DNA of 64,000 bases, taken from IMG/VR virus record IMGVR_UViG_3300045988_131117; one strand, given 5' to 3'. The notes under the pieces are model-generated. The model searched no databases and was not told where the DNA came from. It saw nothing but the letters and a program-made list of their open reading frames with translations. Origin of the DNA: a virus. Every line of letters starts with the position of its first letter. Position 1 is the first letter of the stretch. This document shows, one piece after another, positions 50,682 to 59,106 of this stretch. The position numbers were made by a program, and so were the translations under genes.

Positions 50682-51155
50682 TTATTTTCTACGTTCATTT
50701 TCATGCAAAAATTTAAAAACGACCTTCATTACATTTCCAAAGTTCTCCACCTTAACCCACTCGTGAGCTACTGCTCTAAGTACGGATGTTTCGTATGTCG
50801 GAATATCGTCTTCTTCAACCACCTTACAAGAAGCCAGAACTCCTTCAGTCGGCTTTAGTCCGAGGTCATGCAGCTCGCAGAGACCGCCCGGCTGGCGGAA
50901 TGCGCACCACCCGTCTTTCTCTGTTGGCTGGATCATCGCTATTGGTTTTTCTTTCACTGCAAGATACCCTACCATCCACATTGTTTCTTTTAACCTGTCA
51001 GCGTATCCGGCATCTATGATAGCCTCTATGTCTTTTGGCGTACCAATACAAGGAACTTTACACATGTTTTTACATTTATCACATGTACAAGGTTGCTCCC
51101 ATCTGTTATGATCTATGCCTACCAACTTCTTTATCCGTTCTACTTCTTCTTTCAT
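50682..51155 (-). CDS. Cys-rich hypothetical protein (157 aa)
   Basis: CTCDKCKNMCKVPC cluster. Confidence 0.4.
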   Translation of the reverse strand: MKEEVERIKKLVGIDHNRWEQPCTCDKCKNMCKVPCIGTPKDIEAIIDAGYADRLKETMWMVGYLAVKEKPIAMIQPTEKDGWCAFRQPGGLCELHDLGLKPTEGVLASCKVVEEDDIPTYETSVLRAVAHEWVKVENFGNVMKVVFKFLHENERRK

Positions 51156-51156
51156 A

Positions 51157-51441
51157 TTATACTATCTCTGTTAGTTTTTCATAATACAACTTCATTTCCG
51201 GTGAAGCATATTCCATGAATGCTTCGAATAAGTAGGGTACCTCTATTATCATATTCACATTACAACCTTCTGCCTGTGAAAGAGATTCAAGATCATTGCT
51301 GTATGAACACGTTACATGAGCTCCTACATTAAACACATGTAAATCTAATCTTACATATTCCATACATAAATCTAACGCTTTAAACAAGTTTTCTACCTCA
51401 ATCTCCTGAAATAGGTCTATAAACATCCTTAAATCCATCAT
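51157..51441 (-). CDS. hypothetical protein (94 aa)
   Basis: ORF only. Confidence 0.4.
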   Translation of the reverse strand: MMDLRMFIDLFQEIEVENLFKALDLCMEYVRLDLHVFNVGAHVTCSYSNDLESLSQAEGCNVNMIIEVPYLFEAFMEYASPEMKLYYEKLTEIV

Positions 51442-51821
51442 TTTACTACCCTTTCTATGTGTTTAATTAATACTACCGCCATTCCATTGCCGGTTTTTAT
51501 CGCACATTCCGATCCTTTTATCCATTCTACACACCCTACATACTTTTCCGTAGCATGAAATCCGGGATTGTATTTTCCAGATGTACTGAACTCTACCGTA
51601 TCCCCTACCTTCAGATCATCAAAAGCAATAGACCATGTGGTCCAAATTCTATCATGTCTCCCAGGCTGAATGGCTCCGATTACGCCTTTTTTACGACCGT
51701 TTTTTATCGCCCTTAGTATTATCTTTCTATCACCTTCGATAAGGCTGCAAAAGCGCCCGTAAAAGGTCAAATCAACCTGTTTTCCTCCTATTTCTTCTCT
51801 TATTTTTGTTATTCTGTTCAT
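51438..51821 (-). CDS. hypothetical protein (127 aa)
   Basis: ORF only. Confidence 0.4.
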   Translation of the reverse strand: MNRITKIREEIGGKQVDLTFYGRFCSLIEGDRKIILRAIKNGRKKGVIGAIQPGRHDRIWTTWSIAFDDLKVGDTVEFSTSGKYNPGFHATEKYVGCVEWIKGSECAIKTGNGMAVVLIKHIERVVK

Positions 51822-52065
51822 TTTCTGATTTTGTTTTATTTTTTTTCTTGTTTTTTCTATCTTCTATAGAAGATGATAATAACATTATCTTTTCTATGTT
51901 ACTTTTTGATTGTAAAAAAGAATCGCATTTCATTACTACTACCACCTTCTTAAGTTCCCCATTATCGTATAGCGATACACGCATCATGTTTTGCACCTCG
52001 TCCACTATCAGACCTGGAGTAGTCTTAACCATTTTGCGTAGCTTATTATACTCCGGTCTTTCCAT
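51772..52065 (-). CDS. hypothetical protein (97 aa) with a Lys/Asn-rich C-terminus
   Basis: ORF that overlaps the downstream ORF, so the start is uncertain. Confidence 0.3.
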   Translation of the reverse strand: MERPEYNKLRKMVKTTPGLIVDEVQNMMRVSLYDNGELKKVVVVMKCDSFLQSKSNIEKIMLLSSSIEDRKNKKKNKTKSENEQNNKNKRRNRRKTG

Positions 52066-52330
52066 TTCCTCTGTTTATTACTCTATAGTATTTATCCTTG
52101 TCCCCTTCTTTCAACTTCTCCAGATAGAAAATCCCATCATGTAAATGAGACAAACAAAACCTGTATCCGTATTTCTGTACTCTTCTTACATGATCCCGCA
52201 GTCTTATCTCTTCACTTTTGTCTTGTACTTTGATCTTAATACTGTCTCCTTCTTTGATTGTGTATAAAATAGTTTGAATCTCTTCTTTTTTCATCTTATA
52301 AAATATTTTAACGGCAGCACCTATACTCAC
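52046..52330 (-). CDS. hypothetical protein (94 aa)
   Basis: ORF only. Confidence 0.4.
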   Translation of the reverse strand: MSIGAAVKIFYKMKKEEIQTILYTIKEGDSIKIKVQDKSEEIRLRDHVRRVQKYGYRFCLSHLHDGIFYLEKLKEGDKDKYYRVINRGNGKTGV

Positions 52331-52357
52331 GCACCACTACTGCCTTATGTTTAACAA

Positions 52358-53167
52358 TTAAATACTTAACTCTTCAATGGTCAAGCCTTTTTCTTTTGCC
52401 CATTTTAACATTGCGCATAATTCTGTTTCTGACTTATATTTCGGATCACGCCACGCCCATCCGAATTTATCCAGGACATGATGATATAATTCGTCGGCCT
52501 TTGCCGTGTAAATGTCTTTGAATAAATGCTCCGAACCTTCCGGTATAAGCATCTCTGTTGTTGCAAAATCGGAATACGATAAACATCCGTAAGCATATTC
52601 TGTTATTTCACTCCATGCTTCTCCGGCTTTAAATCCAAATTCTTTTACAAAAGCCAAAGTTAGATACATATTTAATAATATTGTTACATCATATCCGGAA
52701 TCCGACTTTCTTTCTATTATTTCCTTTTCAAATTCATTTAAATCTTCAGGCCCTAAAAAGATGTATCCTGATACCGATCGGTAATTAGCCTCCGCATACT
52801 TCTTGCATTTATCATCATTGACAATCTTACTAATGTTAGATAACATCTTTTGCCTCCATTCATCACAAAACTCTACCTCTACGTTCATCCAATCAGTACC
52901 ATAATTATATTCTTTCGGATATCCGACCGATGTTACCTTTATACTATTCACGCCATATCCGTAAAGGCGTTCACTTACCTCATTCGCCCATTCCTGTACA
53001 AAAGGAATAAACTTATTGTAATAAGAATCAAAATCAAAATCCGATTCCTCCTCATATTCTGGCATCTCTTCATAATCCTGTTCAAAGAAATGACGAGGAT
53101 CTGCTATTGTTTCGTAGAAACTTACGTTAATGAAACAAAACTCGTTGGTTGTCGTTTTTAATATCAT
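52358..53167 (-). CDS. hypothetical protein (269 aa)
   Basis: ORF only. Confidence 0.45.
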   Translation of the reverse strand: MILKTTTNEFCFINVSFYETIADPRHFFEQDYEEMPEYEEESDFDFDSYYNKFIPFVQEWANEVSERLYGYGVNSIKVTSVGYPKEYNYGTDWMNVEVEFCDEWRQKMLSNISKIVNDDKCKKYAEANYRSVSGYIFLGPEDLNEFEKEIIERKSDSGYDVTILLNMYLTLAFVKEFGFKAGEAWSEITEYAYGCLSYSDFATTEMLIPEGSEHLFKDIYTAKADELYHHVLDKFGWAWRDPKYKSETELCAMLKWAKEKGLTIEELSI

Positions 53168-53418
53168 AACTTTTTGTATTTACGTACATTTTTCTTGCCA
53201 TAGAATCTACACATGGCACGAATCTGACTATAAAATACTTTTGTCCTCCTGGCCTCAAAGTATTTAAACATTTCTTCATTCTTTGTTTCCCAAACGTAAT
53301 CCGTTTGGGAACTCATGCGATCTTTCTCCTTGCGTGAATAATGGTAATATGATACCACAACACGTTTCATACCATTCTTTACAGGTACGATATTTACGTC
53401 TATACTATTCTCTGTCAT
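53164..53418 (-). CDS. hypothetical protein (84 aa)
   Basis: ORF only. Confidence 0.4.
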   Translation of the reverse strand: MTENSIDVNIVPVKNGMKRVVVSYYHYSRKEKDRMSSQTDYVWETKNEEMFKYFEARRTKVFYSQIRAMCRFYGKKNVRKYKKL

Positions 53419-53537
53419 ATTATTATTGTTTTATGCATTATACAAATACAAAGAGCGCATACCTTCACAGGCCGGCGCTCCTTTCAATAAAAATGAAAAA
53501 ACTAATATTACATAAACATATTGTTTTCTACTCTTTA

Positions 53538-53771
53538 TTACAATACTTTTGTTCCGCAATTATTATATCTTCCGTACTCTTTTTTCGTATCATTCAAGAT
53601 TTCAAAAACCATCTTCTTGTGATCTTCGTTTGGTAACCTATCCTTAACAGCCGATATTACGCCCGCTATAGACGTAAAGCCTGAATCTGTTATTGAACAC
53701 AGCAACACGCCTCTGTCGGCTCCGGTGCTTATTGCTGACGCCTTTATAATATCATTCTTATATATTCTCAT
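53538..53771 (-). CDS. hypothetical protein (77 aa)
   Basis: ORF whose start codon lies 21 nt downstream of tRNA-like element C1. Confidence 0.45.
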   Translation of the reverse strand: MRIYKNDIIKASAISTGADRGVLLCSITDSGFTSIAGVISAVKDRLPNEDHKKMVFEILNDTKKEYGRYNNCGTKVL

Positions 53772-53792
53772 AACTTTTTTGTTTTATTGTTT

Positions 53793-53853
53793 GTGAGATG
53801 CCCAGAATCGAACCAGGACCGGCACATACGCACCGGCACGCCGCGTCATCCCC
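53793..53853 (-). ncRNA. tRNA-like minihelix element C1 (acceptor-like stem, variable hairpin region and T-arm; no D-arm)
   Basis: Minus-strand T-arm CCTGG-TTCGATT-CTGGG. The 3' strand CATCTCA pairs with 5' GGGGATG at positions 2–7. 61 nt long. Ends 21 nt upstream of the ATG of the 77-aa gene. Confidence 0.4.
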
Positions 53854-53946
53854 TCTATGATGCAGAAATAGGCATGCCTATCCTCACGAACCGACATGCC
53901 AAAACCCAAAACTTAATTTGATGAATAAAATAGATTAACAAAAATA

Positions 53947-54261
53947 CTATTCTAATTCTTTTATAATATCTTTCACAATATTCAGCCTTACCTCCTTCGT
54001 TTCTGGACTAAGACAACCAAACCACCCATAAAACGTTCTTGTTTCCTCTGGTTCTGTGGCCATACTTATCTTCTCCTCCAATTCCGGGAAATATATTCTC
54101 ACCATTTCGTCTGAACGAAACTCATAGATATTTTTATGTGTTTTGAAATACATAAACACTACATTTCTTAACGCAACACATATGTATTCCCCATCCTCTA
54201 ACCTATCAATCATCTCATATACCTTTTTCCATATGAATAATCGCTCTTCTTTTGTAAACAT
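53947..54261 (-). CDS. hypothetical protein (104 aa)
   Basis: ORF only. Confidence 0.4.
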   Translation of the reverse strand: MFTKEERLFIWKKVYEMIDRLEDGEYICVALRNVVFMYFKTHKNIYEFRSDEMVRIYFPELEEKISMATEPEETRTFYGWFGCLSPETKEVRLNIVKDIIKELE

Positions 54262-54269
54262 ATCTTTCT

Positions 54270-54617
54270 TTATTTTTGTGGTATTATTTGACTGTACGCA
54301 GACTTTTCCATGTACACAATACTATGCTCCTGTCCAAGTATTTTCTTTGCTGCTTCTTTCTTTATCGCGCAATATCTCCCTGTACGATACGGATTCTTTT
54401 GATCTGATCCATCCTCAACTTCGATAATAAAACAACCTCCGTCATCTATTATCTTTTTGCAATTGTCACATATTTCTCCCGTGCATATATGATGCGGCGC
54501 CTGCCCTTTGATGTTATTCCCTAATAAAGCAATCCCCATCTCTTCACCGCATACTATGCATAGTTCTATGGATGGATTCAACCCATGCTCTGGATGCAAT
54601 ACAATACCGTCTTTCAT
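54270..54617 (-). CDS. Cys-rich hypothetical protein (115 aa)
   Basis: CIVCGEE...HHICTGEICDNCKK cluster. Confidence 0.4.
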   Translation of the reverse strand: MKDGIVLHPEHGLNPSIELCIVCGEEMGIALLGNNIKGQAPHHICTGEICDNCKKIIDDGGCFIIEVEDGSDQKNPYRTGRYCAIKKEAAKKILGQEHSIVYMEKSAYSQIIPQK

Positions 54618-55018
54618 TTTCTATCCTCCTTTATTAATTCTATTATAAACTTTTTATCTTGTTCCCACAATGGCAGCCCTTCTTTTACTGTGTATGCCAC
54701 TGTTTCCCTCTCTCCTATTAATCGCACGGCAATCTCTCTTGCTTTCAAGTCATCCTCCTCATGCGATTTGTTTATTAAATCATAGGCACATGATTCCACC
54801 TTTTGCCTTTCGATTATTATCGAACCCATTAACTCGCTTATATGCGATCCTAAAAACGATAAGACATTAATAGCTTTCCCAATATCATTTGAAATAGCAC
54901 TTGCTAAATACATCTTATCCATATACTCCGGCAAAGCCTCGTATGCCGTTTCTATGTTTTTATACTGATTTTCGTTTACCTCCCTTTTAATCAGTTCTTC
55001 AAATTCTTCTTTTAACAT
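54614..55018 (-). CDS. hypothetical protein (about 134 aa from MLKEEFEELIK)
   Basis: The internal ATG at 55018 is used because the track's upstream extension would overlap tRNA-like element C2. Confidence 0.4.
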   Translation of the reverse strand: MLKEEFEELIKREVNENQYKNIETAYEALPEYMDKMYLASAISNDIGKAINVLSFLGSHISELMGSIIIERQKVESCAYDLINKSHEEDDLKAREIAVRLIGERETVAYTVKEGLPLWEQDKKFIIELIKEDRK

Positions 55019-55041
55019 GTTCTTCCCTATTTTAATGTTGT

Positions 55042-55086
55042 GTGAGATCGCCGGAATCGAACCGACTTGCTGCACCATGAATCCCA
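55042..55086 (-). ncRNA. tRNA-like minihelix element C2
   Basis: T-arm GTCGG-TTCGATT-CCGGC. The 3' strand GATCTCA pairs with 5' TGGGATT across all seven positions (5 Watson-Crick plus 2 G-U). 45 nt long. Preceded by a 13-bp hairpin (55094–55123) and ends 23 nt upstream of an ATG. Confidence 0.4.
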
Positions 55087-55093
55087 TAAAGCA

Positions 55094-55123
55094 AATGCTC
55101 CGATCTTCGCAGATGGGAGCATT
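55094..55123 (-). terminator. strong hairpin terminator
   Basis: AATGCTCCGATCT / AGATGGGAGCATT 13-bp stem (one mismatch) with a tcgc loop, followed on the minus strand by a TTTGCTTTAT T-rich run. Confidence 0.5.
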
Positions 55124-55353
55124 CTGTCTAAAGCATAAGAAAATTAATGAAGAAATTTTTCTCACTTACGCCATAGCATCTAAAATAGCTATCAGCACTA
55201 TTTCTATGACAAACATAATAGAAAATATCTTAAATGCCTTTTTCATATCGCTATCTCCTCCTTTTTATTTTTTTTAGTTCCACAATAAACTGTTCCGGCT
55301 CTGCTCCGACCTACGTTCCACCTACAACCGCAGGCCTTAGCCCAAGGCGCCGC

Positions 55354-55623
55354 CTACTCCCCCTCTATGGCAGCCTGTTCGTACCTACAAATCCAATCTC
55401 CATCTATACAACTATCACTACGCGATAATAAACATTTATCCTTATAACAATCATAAAAAATACACCTATCACAACTGTAATCCTTAACGTCTACACAGCT
55501 AACTACCTTAGCATATACTATTCCATCACTGCCTTCTATTCCTTTTACCCCGAAAATAGAACCTTCTACCTCCTTACTCAAATCTAAGTCAGGCGCAAAG
55601 TCATATACGTTCATACCATCCAT
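55354..55623 (-). CDS. small Cys-rich protein with CDRCIF motif (89 aa)
   Basis: VVSCVDVKDYSCDRCIFYDCYKDKC; a paralog of the 34314–34511 ORF. Confidence 0.45.
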   Translation of the reverse strand: MDGMNVYDFAPDLDLSKEVEGSIFGVKGIEGSDGIVYAKVVSCVDVKDYSCDRCIFYDCYKDKCLLSRSDSCIDGDWICRYEQAAIEGE

Positions 55624-56490
55624 ATTTTAATTGTTAAACATCCCGCTTAAAAAAAAATACTCACATAATGCAGTCCTCAACCCTTAATCTGTTGGAAGGA
55701 ACCTATATAATGCTGTTTTAAACCCTTATCATATTGAATTTTGTGGAAATGATCTACTGAACACTGTTTTAAAACGCTTATCTATTGAATTTTGTTGGTA
55801 GGGAGTGCCCTCCCTCTCCCCCTCTCCAACTCCCGCTAATCCTCCGGCTTTCCGCATAGAACCCACGCCCTACCGCCTCACTACCGGCATACGAAGAGCG
55901 CTACAAGCTTATACTCTGGCATGAAGTATGGGGTGTTTGGAGATAATATCATTCCATAGAGAGAATAGAGAGCCTTCAGCCCACGCCCTACCGCCTGTTC
56001 CTCCTATCAAGATAGATATTCAGACCTATAATCAAAGCCAGAAACAAAAAGCAAAAAACCATCACGATATTATACTGATCTGGTCCGTACTCTAACATAG
56101 ACCTTACTCCAACCGATAAAAAATACAGGTCAGATACTAATAAAAACCACCACATAAAATAAAAAATTTACAATAAGTATGTCCGAAAATACGGGTATTA
56201 TAAAACATAACTAATTGATAATCAAGCATACCTCGTTTTTAAGAAAAATACAATAAGCCTGATTTTCAATCCATAGAGATGAAAAAGGCGGCATCCGACA
56301 CCCTATTTTGGGTCAGAAAACCGCCTCAAGTTTCGTTTTAGACCAATTTTAACGACATGATATAGACAAAATACCGGCATTATATCCAAACTGTCCTATT
56401 TTAGTTTCGTTTTAGACCAATATAGCTCAAATCCGCCGTTCACTCTCAGAATACCTACCCGTAAATAGAAAGAGTAGGATACGAAAATAG

Positions 56491-56525
56491 GGCTGCTCCG
56501 ACGTTCGGAACAACCCTACTCCTAT
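56491..56525 (-). terminator. hairpin terminator-like element
   Basis: AGGG...CCCT outer stem with an inner CCGA-CGT-TCGG hairpin, 3' of the 68-aa gene. Confidence 0.35.
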
Positions 56526-56732
56526 TTAAATGCTGTTTATGTTTTCCTTGACGTATGTTCGTGATGTATGAACTTTACGCTTGCATTTGTCCTTTCCTGT
56601 ATCGGCATGATACGCTTCTTTGAGATCACGATACAACATAAATTCACGATACGCTCTTTTCCGCTTTTCTTTAGCTTCTTTCCTGGACAGACCGCGAACG
56701 TCTACCATGTGAGATTTAAATTTCCTTTCCAT
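56526..56732 (-). CDS. small basic protein (68 aa)
   Basis: KEAKEKRKRAYREF... Lys/Arg-rich. Confidence 0.35.
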   Translation of the reverse strand: MERKFKSHMVDVRGLSRKEAKEKRKRAYREFMLYRDLKEAYHADTGKDKCKRKVHTSRTYVKENINSI

Positions 56733-56754
56733 TTTCTTTATGCTTTAATTATGA

Positions 56755-56925
56755 TTAACCCCAGCGGTTAAGTGCTTCAATATAGAAACCTTCCGCCTCT
56801 TTGTACTCACTTTCGCTTAGTGCTTCAACCGTCTCGATATAGTTACGCAATGTTATTTTTACGCAACTGTTTTTAGATTTATTGAACGCTTCAGTTAAAG
56901 CGTTGATCATTGCTTTCTTTCCCAT
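56755..56925 (-). CDS. small hypothetical protein (about 57 aa from MGKKAMINAL)
   Basis: ATG at 56925 lies 23 nt downstream of element C3. The longer track ORF would overlap the element. Confidence 0.35.
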   Translation of the reverse strand: MGKKAMINALTEAFNKSKNSCVKITLRNYIETVEALSESEYKEAEGFYIEALNRWG

Positions 56926-56948
56926 GTTATTATATTGTTTATAATTTA

Positions 56949-57012
56949 GAGGTTGCTCCGGAATCGAACCGAACACGCATTCCTATTCTATACGAATTTT
57001 ATGCTACAACCA
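56949..57012 (-). ncRNA. tRNA-like minihelix element C3
   Basis: T-arm TTCGG-TTCGATT-CCGGA. The 3' strand GCAACC pairs with 5' GGTTGT (6 bp including one G-U); the acceptor sequence differs completely from C1 and C2. 64 nt long. Ends 23 nt upstream of an ATG. Confidence 0.4.
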
Positions 57013-57482
57013 ACAGCCCGTAATTAGTACGTAGTTCTTGTGTACAGGCCCGTACTATGTTGTTATTATATTTTCCGTCTGCTACACAACTTAGCCACAA
57101 ATAAAGGCGATTGTGTCCTTGCGTTTTGATATATCACGCTCCTACATGGTAGGCTACATGTTTATACCCTGTAATTTAATCTACAGCCTTGTCCTATTTT
57201 ACGTGTAGGCAAGTAAGACGCGTTTCGGTCTGGAGATAAACCGCGTACAACGGTATGTTTTCCAAACTGTACTAACATACCTAACATAAACCACACTTAT
57301 TTAGTGCAGTTCATGCAGCAATACCGTATCTTTAATTGCCAACGGCTTCGATACCGGTATATCTATCTCCAATATGTAAAATAACTCTCTGTTTTGTCAG
57401 CTTCAGTCTAAAGCATACGCGGGACGTGCACCCACTGACAACGGCGTACAAGCGCGTTTAACGGTACGCGCCTAACCTTTTT

Positions 57483-58022
57483 TTACTGCTGGTTGCTTTC
57501 ATGTGTTAAATACTCACTCACGCACTTTGCAATGGTACGGATTGAATAAGATTTAATCTTAACGGCTACATAAGTAGCTTTATACTCATCCGTTTCTTTA
57601 ACAAGCCACTTTGCGCTTTTTTTAGTCTCCAACGTTTCAGCGGTTGAAAAACCGAAAGATTTATACTCCCCGCCATAAATCACATTTTCCGCGCACCAGT
57701 CGGCCGTTTTTGCCTCGATTCCTTTCTCCTTGTCTACCTTGTTATCCTTATATACTTTAGAGTATAGAGAAAATTTAACAAAGGTATCACCCACTTTAGG
57801 CAACATTTGGCTACACACGGCAACCAGCCGTTTTTTGTCCTTTGCGAGTGCTGCAACCTTTACAGCATATTCGGCTGGTATTTCCAACGTCTTACAAATT
57901 GCTTTCAGGTCAGCACCATTTGCAAATAAAGCATTATACAACTTTACAGCACCCACCAGGTTAGAGGCATTCTCTTTAATAACAGCGTTCTGTAGCTTGT
58001 TAACATTTTTCTTTGTAATCAT
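57483..58022 (-). CDS. hypothetical protein (179 aa)
   Basis: ORF only. Confidence 0.45.
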   Translation of the reverse strand: MITKKNVNKLQNAVIKENASNLVGAVKLYNALFANGADLKAICKTLEIPAEYAVKVAALAKDKKRLVAVCSQMLPKVGDTFVKFSLYSKVYKDNKVDKEKGIEAKTADWCAENVIYGGEYKSFGFSTAETLETKKSAKWLVKETDEYKATYVAVKIKSYSIRTIAKCVSEYLTHESNQQ

Positions 58023-58258
58023 ATCAATATGTATTTATTTGTTAAACAATATCACCTCAATATATCACCCCTTTACAACGCAAAGGGGCAAAAGGTATCA
58101 CCATACAATACACCCAACGGGAATATATATATATATAGCTTCATTATGTAACACCAATATTCTCGCTCGAATACGGTGCAAATATACAACCTTTTTCAGT
58201 ATTACATATATATATGCTATCTTTTTTTTGTTAACTTGTATTAATTTCGATTCTATTA

Positions 58259-58412
58259 TCTGATTATCAGCAAGTTGCAAAACACACAAGAGCAGTACTA
58301 TACGCGTACATTAATATGTAGGATATATGTTTATTTAAGTGGCTTATAATCAATATGTTATAATAATACATTGATTATCAATAATTTAAATAAACTGTTG
58401 ATAATCAGCGAG
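58259..58412. promoter_or_regulatory. cluster of palindromic TGATWATCA boxes
   Basis: Four near-identical boxes: CTGATTATCAG, ATAATCAATA, TTGATTATCAA and TTGATAATCAG. Confidence 0.4.
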
Positions 58413-58430
58413 TTTATATGTTTGAGGTAA

Positions 58431-58488
58431 AAAACGCGTTTCCGGTTTTCCAGCGAAGGGGGTGTGGGGGAGAAAACGCGTTTCGGGG
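58431..58488. repeat. direct repeat AAAACGCGTTTCSGG (two copies, 43 bp apart)
   Basis: 58431–58445 and 58474–58488; each contains the palindrome AACGCGTT. Confidence 0.5.
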
Positions 58489-58510
58489 GCGGGAGGTTCG
58501 TGATAGGTAC

Positions 58511-58654
58511 CCCCTCTCTCCCATCACATAAACATCTTTCATATCCCTCATCACACAAACCTTTTTTAGCTTCTCTCCTATCACATAAACATTCTTAATC
58601 TCTCTCCCGTAACATAAACATTTTTACCTTTCTTCCTCATCACATAAAAAAAAG
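58511..58654. promoter_or_regulatory. iteron array: five copies of (A)TCACATAAACAT with about 29-bp spacing, candidate origin or regulator-binding site
   Basis: Copies at 58523, 58550, 58580, 58609 and 58639. Each follows a CTCTCYC-like tract and is flanked by AT-rich ATATATATATA runs. Confidence 0.5.
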
Positions 58655-58713
58655 CAGGGAAGCCTATTTAGGACCTCCCCACTTACTACAACCAACAATA
58701 TTTTAAAATTACC

Positions 58714-59106
58714 TCACTTACTTTCCCATATTAATTTATCTCGTACTTTTCCTTTCTTTACTTCTTCACACTTTCCTGCCACCCATCCAACGAGGTAGCA
58801 GAAAGGTTCTGATTGCATTACTTTTTCTCCTAAGAAATCAAATGCATTGAGAGACACATGGACTGCCTCGTGTGAGACTGTGTTAAAATCAATAACGTTC
58901 TTATTAATAAACCATATCAAGAATCCTGTGCAAGGATCTAATTTGCATCCTCCATACGGTACGGTTATGGTTGCGCCCATACTATTATCTATGTAACTAA
59001 AATCGTTATTGAAACACTCTACCATACCAGAAACATCTTTACCTACATATATCCACAGATTAAAGGGATAGACTTGTGGGGAAAATTGATACAGTTCGCA
59101 CTTCAT
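58714..59106 (-). CDS. putative zinc metallopeptidase-like protein (HExxH, 130 aa)
   Basis: SHEAVHVSL contains an HExxH motif; otherwise unassigned. Confidence 0.35.
   Translation of the reverse strand: MKCELYQFSPQVYPFNLWIYVGKDVSGMVECFNNDFSYIDNSMGATITVPYGGCKLDPCTGFLIWFINKNVIDFNTVSHEAVHVSLNAFDFLGEKVMQSEPFCYLVGWVAGKCEEVKKGKVRDKLIWESK

Noticed and set aside
53793-57012. Canonical tRNA genes (suggested by the GGTTCGATTCC T-loop motif)
   Set aside because: Only 11–30 nt separate the 5' acceptor-like strand from the T-arm, so D and anticodon arms cannot form. They are reported as tRNA-like minihelices rather than tRNAs.
58511-58654. CRISPR array
   Set aside because: The repeats are only about 12 bp with roughly 17-bp degenerate intervening sequence, there is no cas context, and the CTCTC-containing spacers resemble each other. 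The arrangement fits iterons, not repeat-spacer units.
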